Below, one piece after another: positions 31,423 to 32,000 of a DNA stretch of 32,000 nucleotides. Positions within the stretch are counted from its first letter, which is position 1, and each line of letters opens with the position of its first letter. The DNA comes from Candidatus Jordarchaeales archaeon (GTDB taxonomy: Archaea > Asgardarchaeota > Jordiarchaeia > Jordiarchaeales > Freyrarchaeaceae). The stretch covers positions 1,034,499 to 1,066,498 of the forward strand of contig JAWAHN010000001.1 in NCBI GenBank assembly GCA_038889235.1. Reading direction: 5' to 3'. The notes under the pieces are model-generated. The model worked only from the letters and a program-made list of their open reading frames with translations. It was not told the origin of the DNA and made no database searches. The position numbers and the translations under genes are program-made.

Positions 31423-32000
31423 CTAACTCTTCACGCTTCCGTATTTTTCTACAAGCCACCTCACGTATCTCTTTATACCCTCCTCAGTCGACACCTTGGG
31501 TTTCCACCCTGTCTCCTTCAGTTTAGAAATGTCCAAGATTACCAAAGGGACGTCCCCAATCCAACCTCTCTCTCCCCCAGTGTAGCAGAACTCAACGTCA
31601 GTAAGCCCAAGCTCGCTGACGACTATTTTCGCTATCTCTCTCACCGTGGTAACCTCTTCGGAGCCAACATTGTAAACGTCAAACCCGGTAAATCGCTCCG
31701 TTAAGTGAATGGTAGCATCAACGCAGTCAGAAACGTATAGGTATGATTTAGTTTGGCTTCCATCACCCAGTATCTCTAACTTTTTAGGGTTCTTCTTAAG
31801 CTTCCAGTAAAAGTCATAGATGACCCCATGCGTTGATCGCGGCCCTATGATGTTTGCATACCTTAATGATAACGACGAAATACCGTAGCACGCATGGTAG
31901 GCTGAAAGGTACATTTCGCATGCAGCCTTAGCCGCTCCGTATGGACTTATGGGGCGCGGAGTCAGGTTTTCAGGTGTAGGAACTTGTTTCGCGTCGCCAT
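31423..32000 (-). CDS. NAD-dependent epimerase/dehydratase (UDP-glucose 4-epimerase-like), 5' end outside the window
   Basis: Frame open to the window edge: PISPYGAAK (YxxxK), LRYANIIGPR, GDGSQTKSYLYVSDCV, YNVGS. Confidence 0.92.
   Translation of the reverse strand, partial: GDAKQVPTPENLTPRPISPYGAAKAACEMYLSAYHACYGISSLSLRYANIIGPRSTHGVIYDFYWKLKKNPKKLEILGDGSQTKSYLYVSDCVDATIHLTERFTGFDVYNVGSEEVTTVREIAKIVVSELGLTDVEFCYTGGERGWIGDVPLVILDISKLKETGWKPKVSTEEGIKRYVRWLVEKYGSVKS

Overview
Archaeal chromosomal window of mostly housekeeping genes: fused rpoB, cdc48, argG/argH, cofE, rpl35ae, endA, map, hxlB and ABC transporters. It also carries eukaryote-signature-like genes (ESCRT-II Vps22/EAP30, SNAP/TPR-like helical proteins, a PCI-like winged-helix protein), which points to an Asgard-type archaeon (inference). 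No mobile elements or CRISPR arrays were seen. The main result is evidence of extensive bulge-helix-bulge (BHB) RNA splicing. (1) An apparently broken membrane-anchored hexapeptide-repeat acyltransferase gene (777..1561, minus) holds a 32-nt segment (1183..1214) that folds into a canonical BHB motif. Cutting at the standard positions removes the stop codon and exactly restores the frame, giving a 250-aa protein, so this is a candidate archaeal mRNA intron outside cbf5. (2) tRNA-Lys(UUU) appears to carry three non-canonical introns. (3) tRNA-Tyr(GUA) appears to carry three introns, two of them separated by a 1-nt exon. (4) The splicing endonuclease in the same window has a loop resembling the crenarchaeal-specific loop linked to broad substrate range. 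All RNA structures were folded by hand and all protein calls come from motif recognition; no searches were run.
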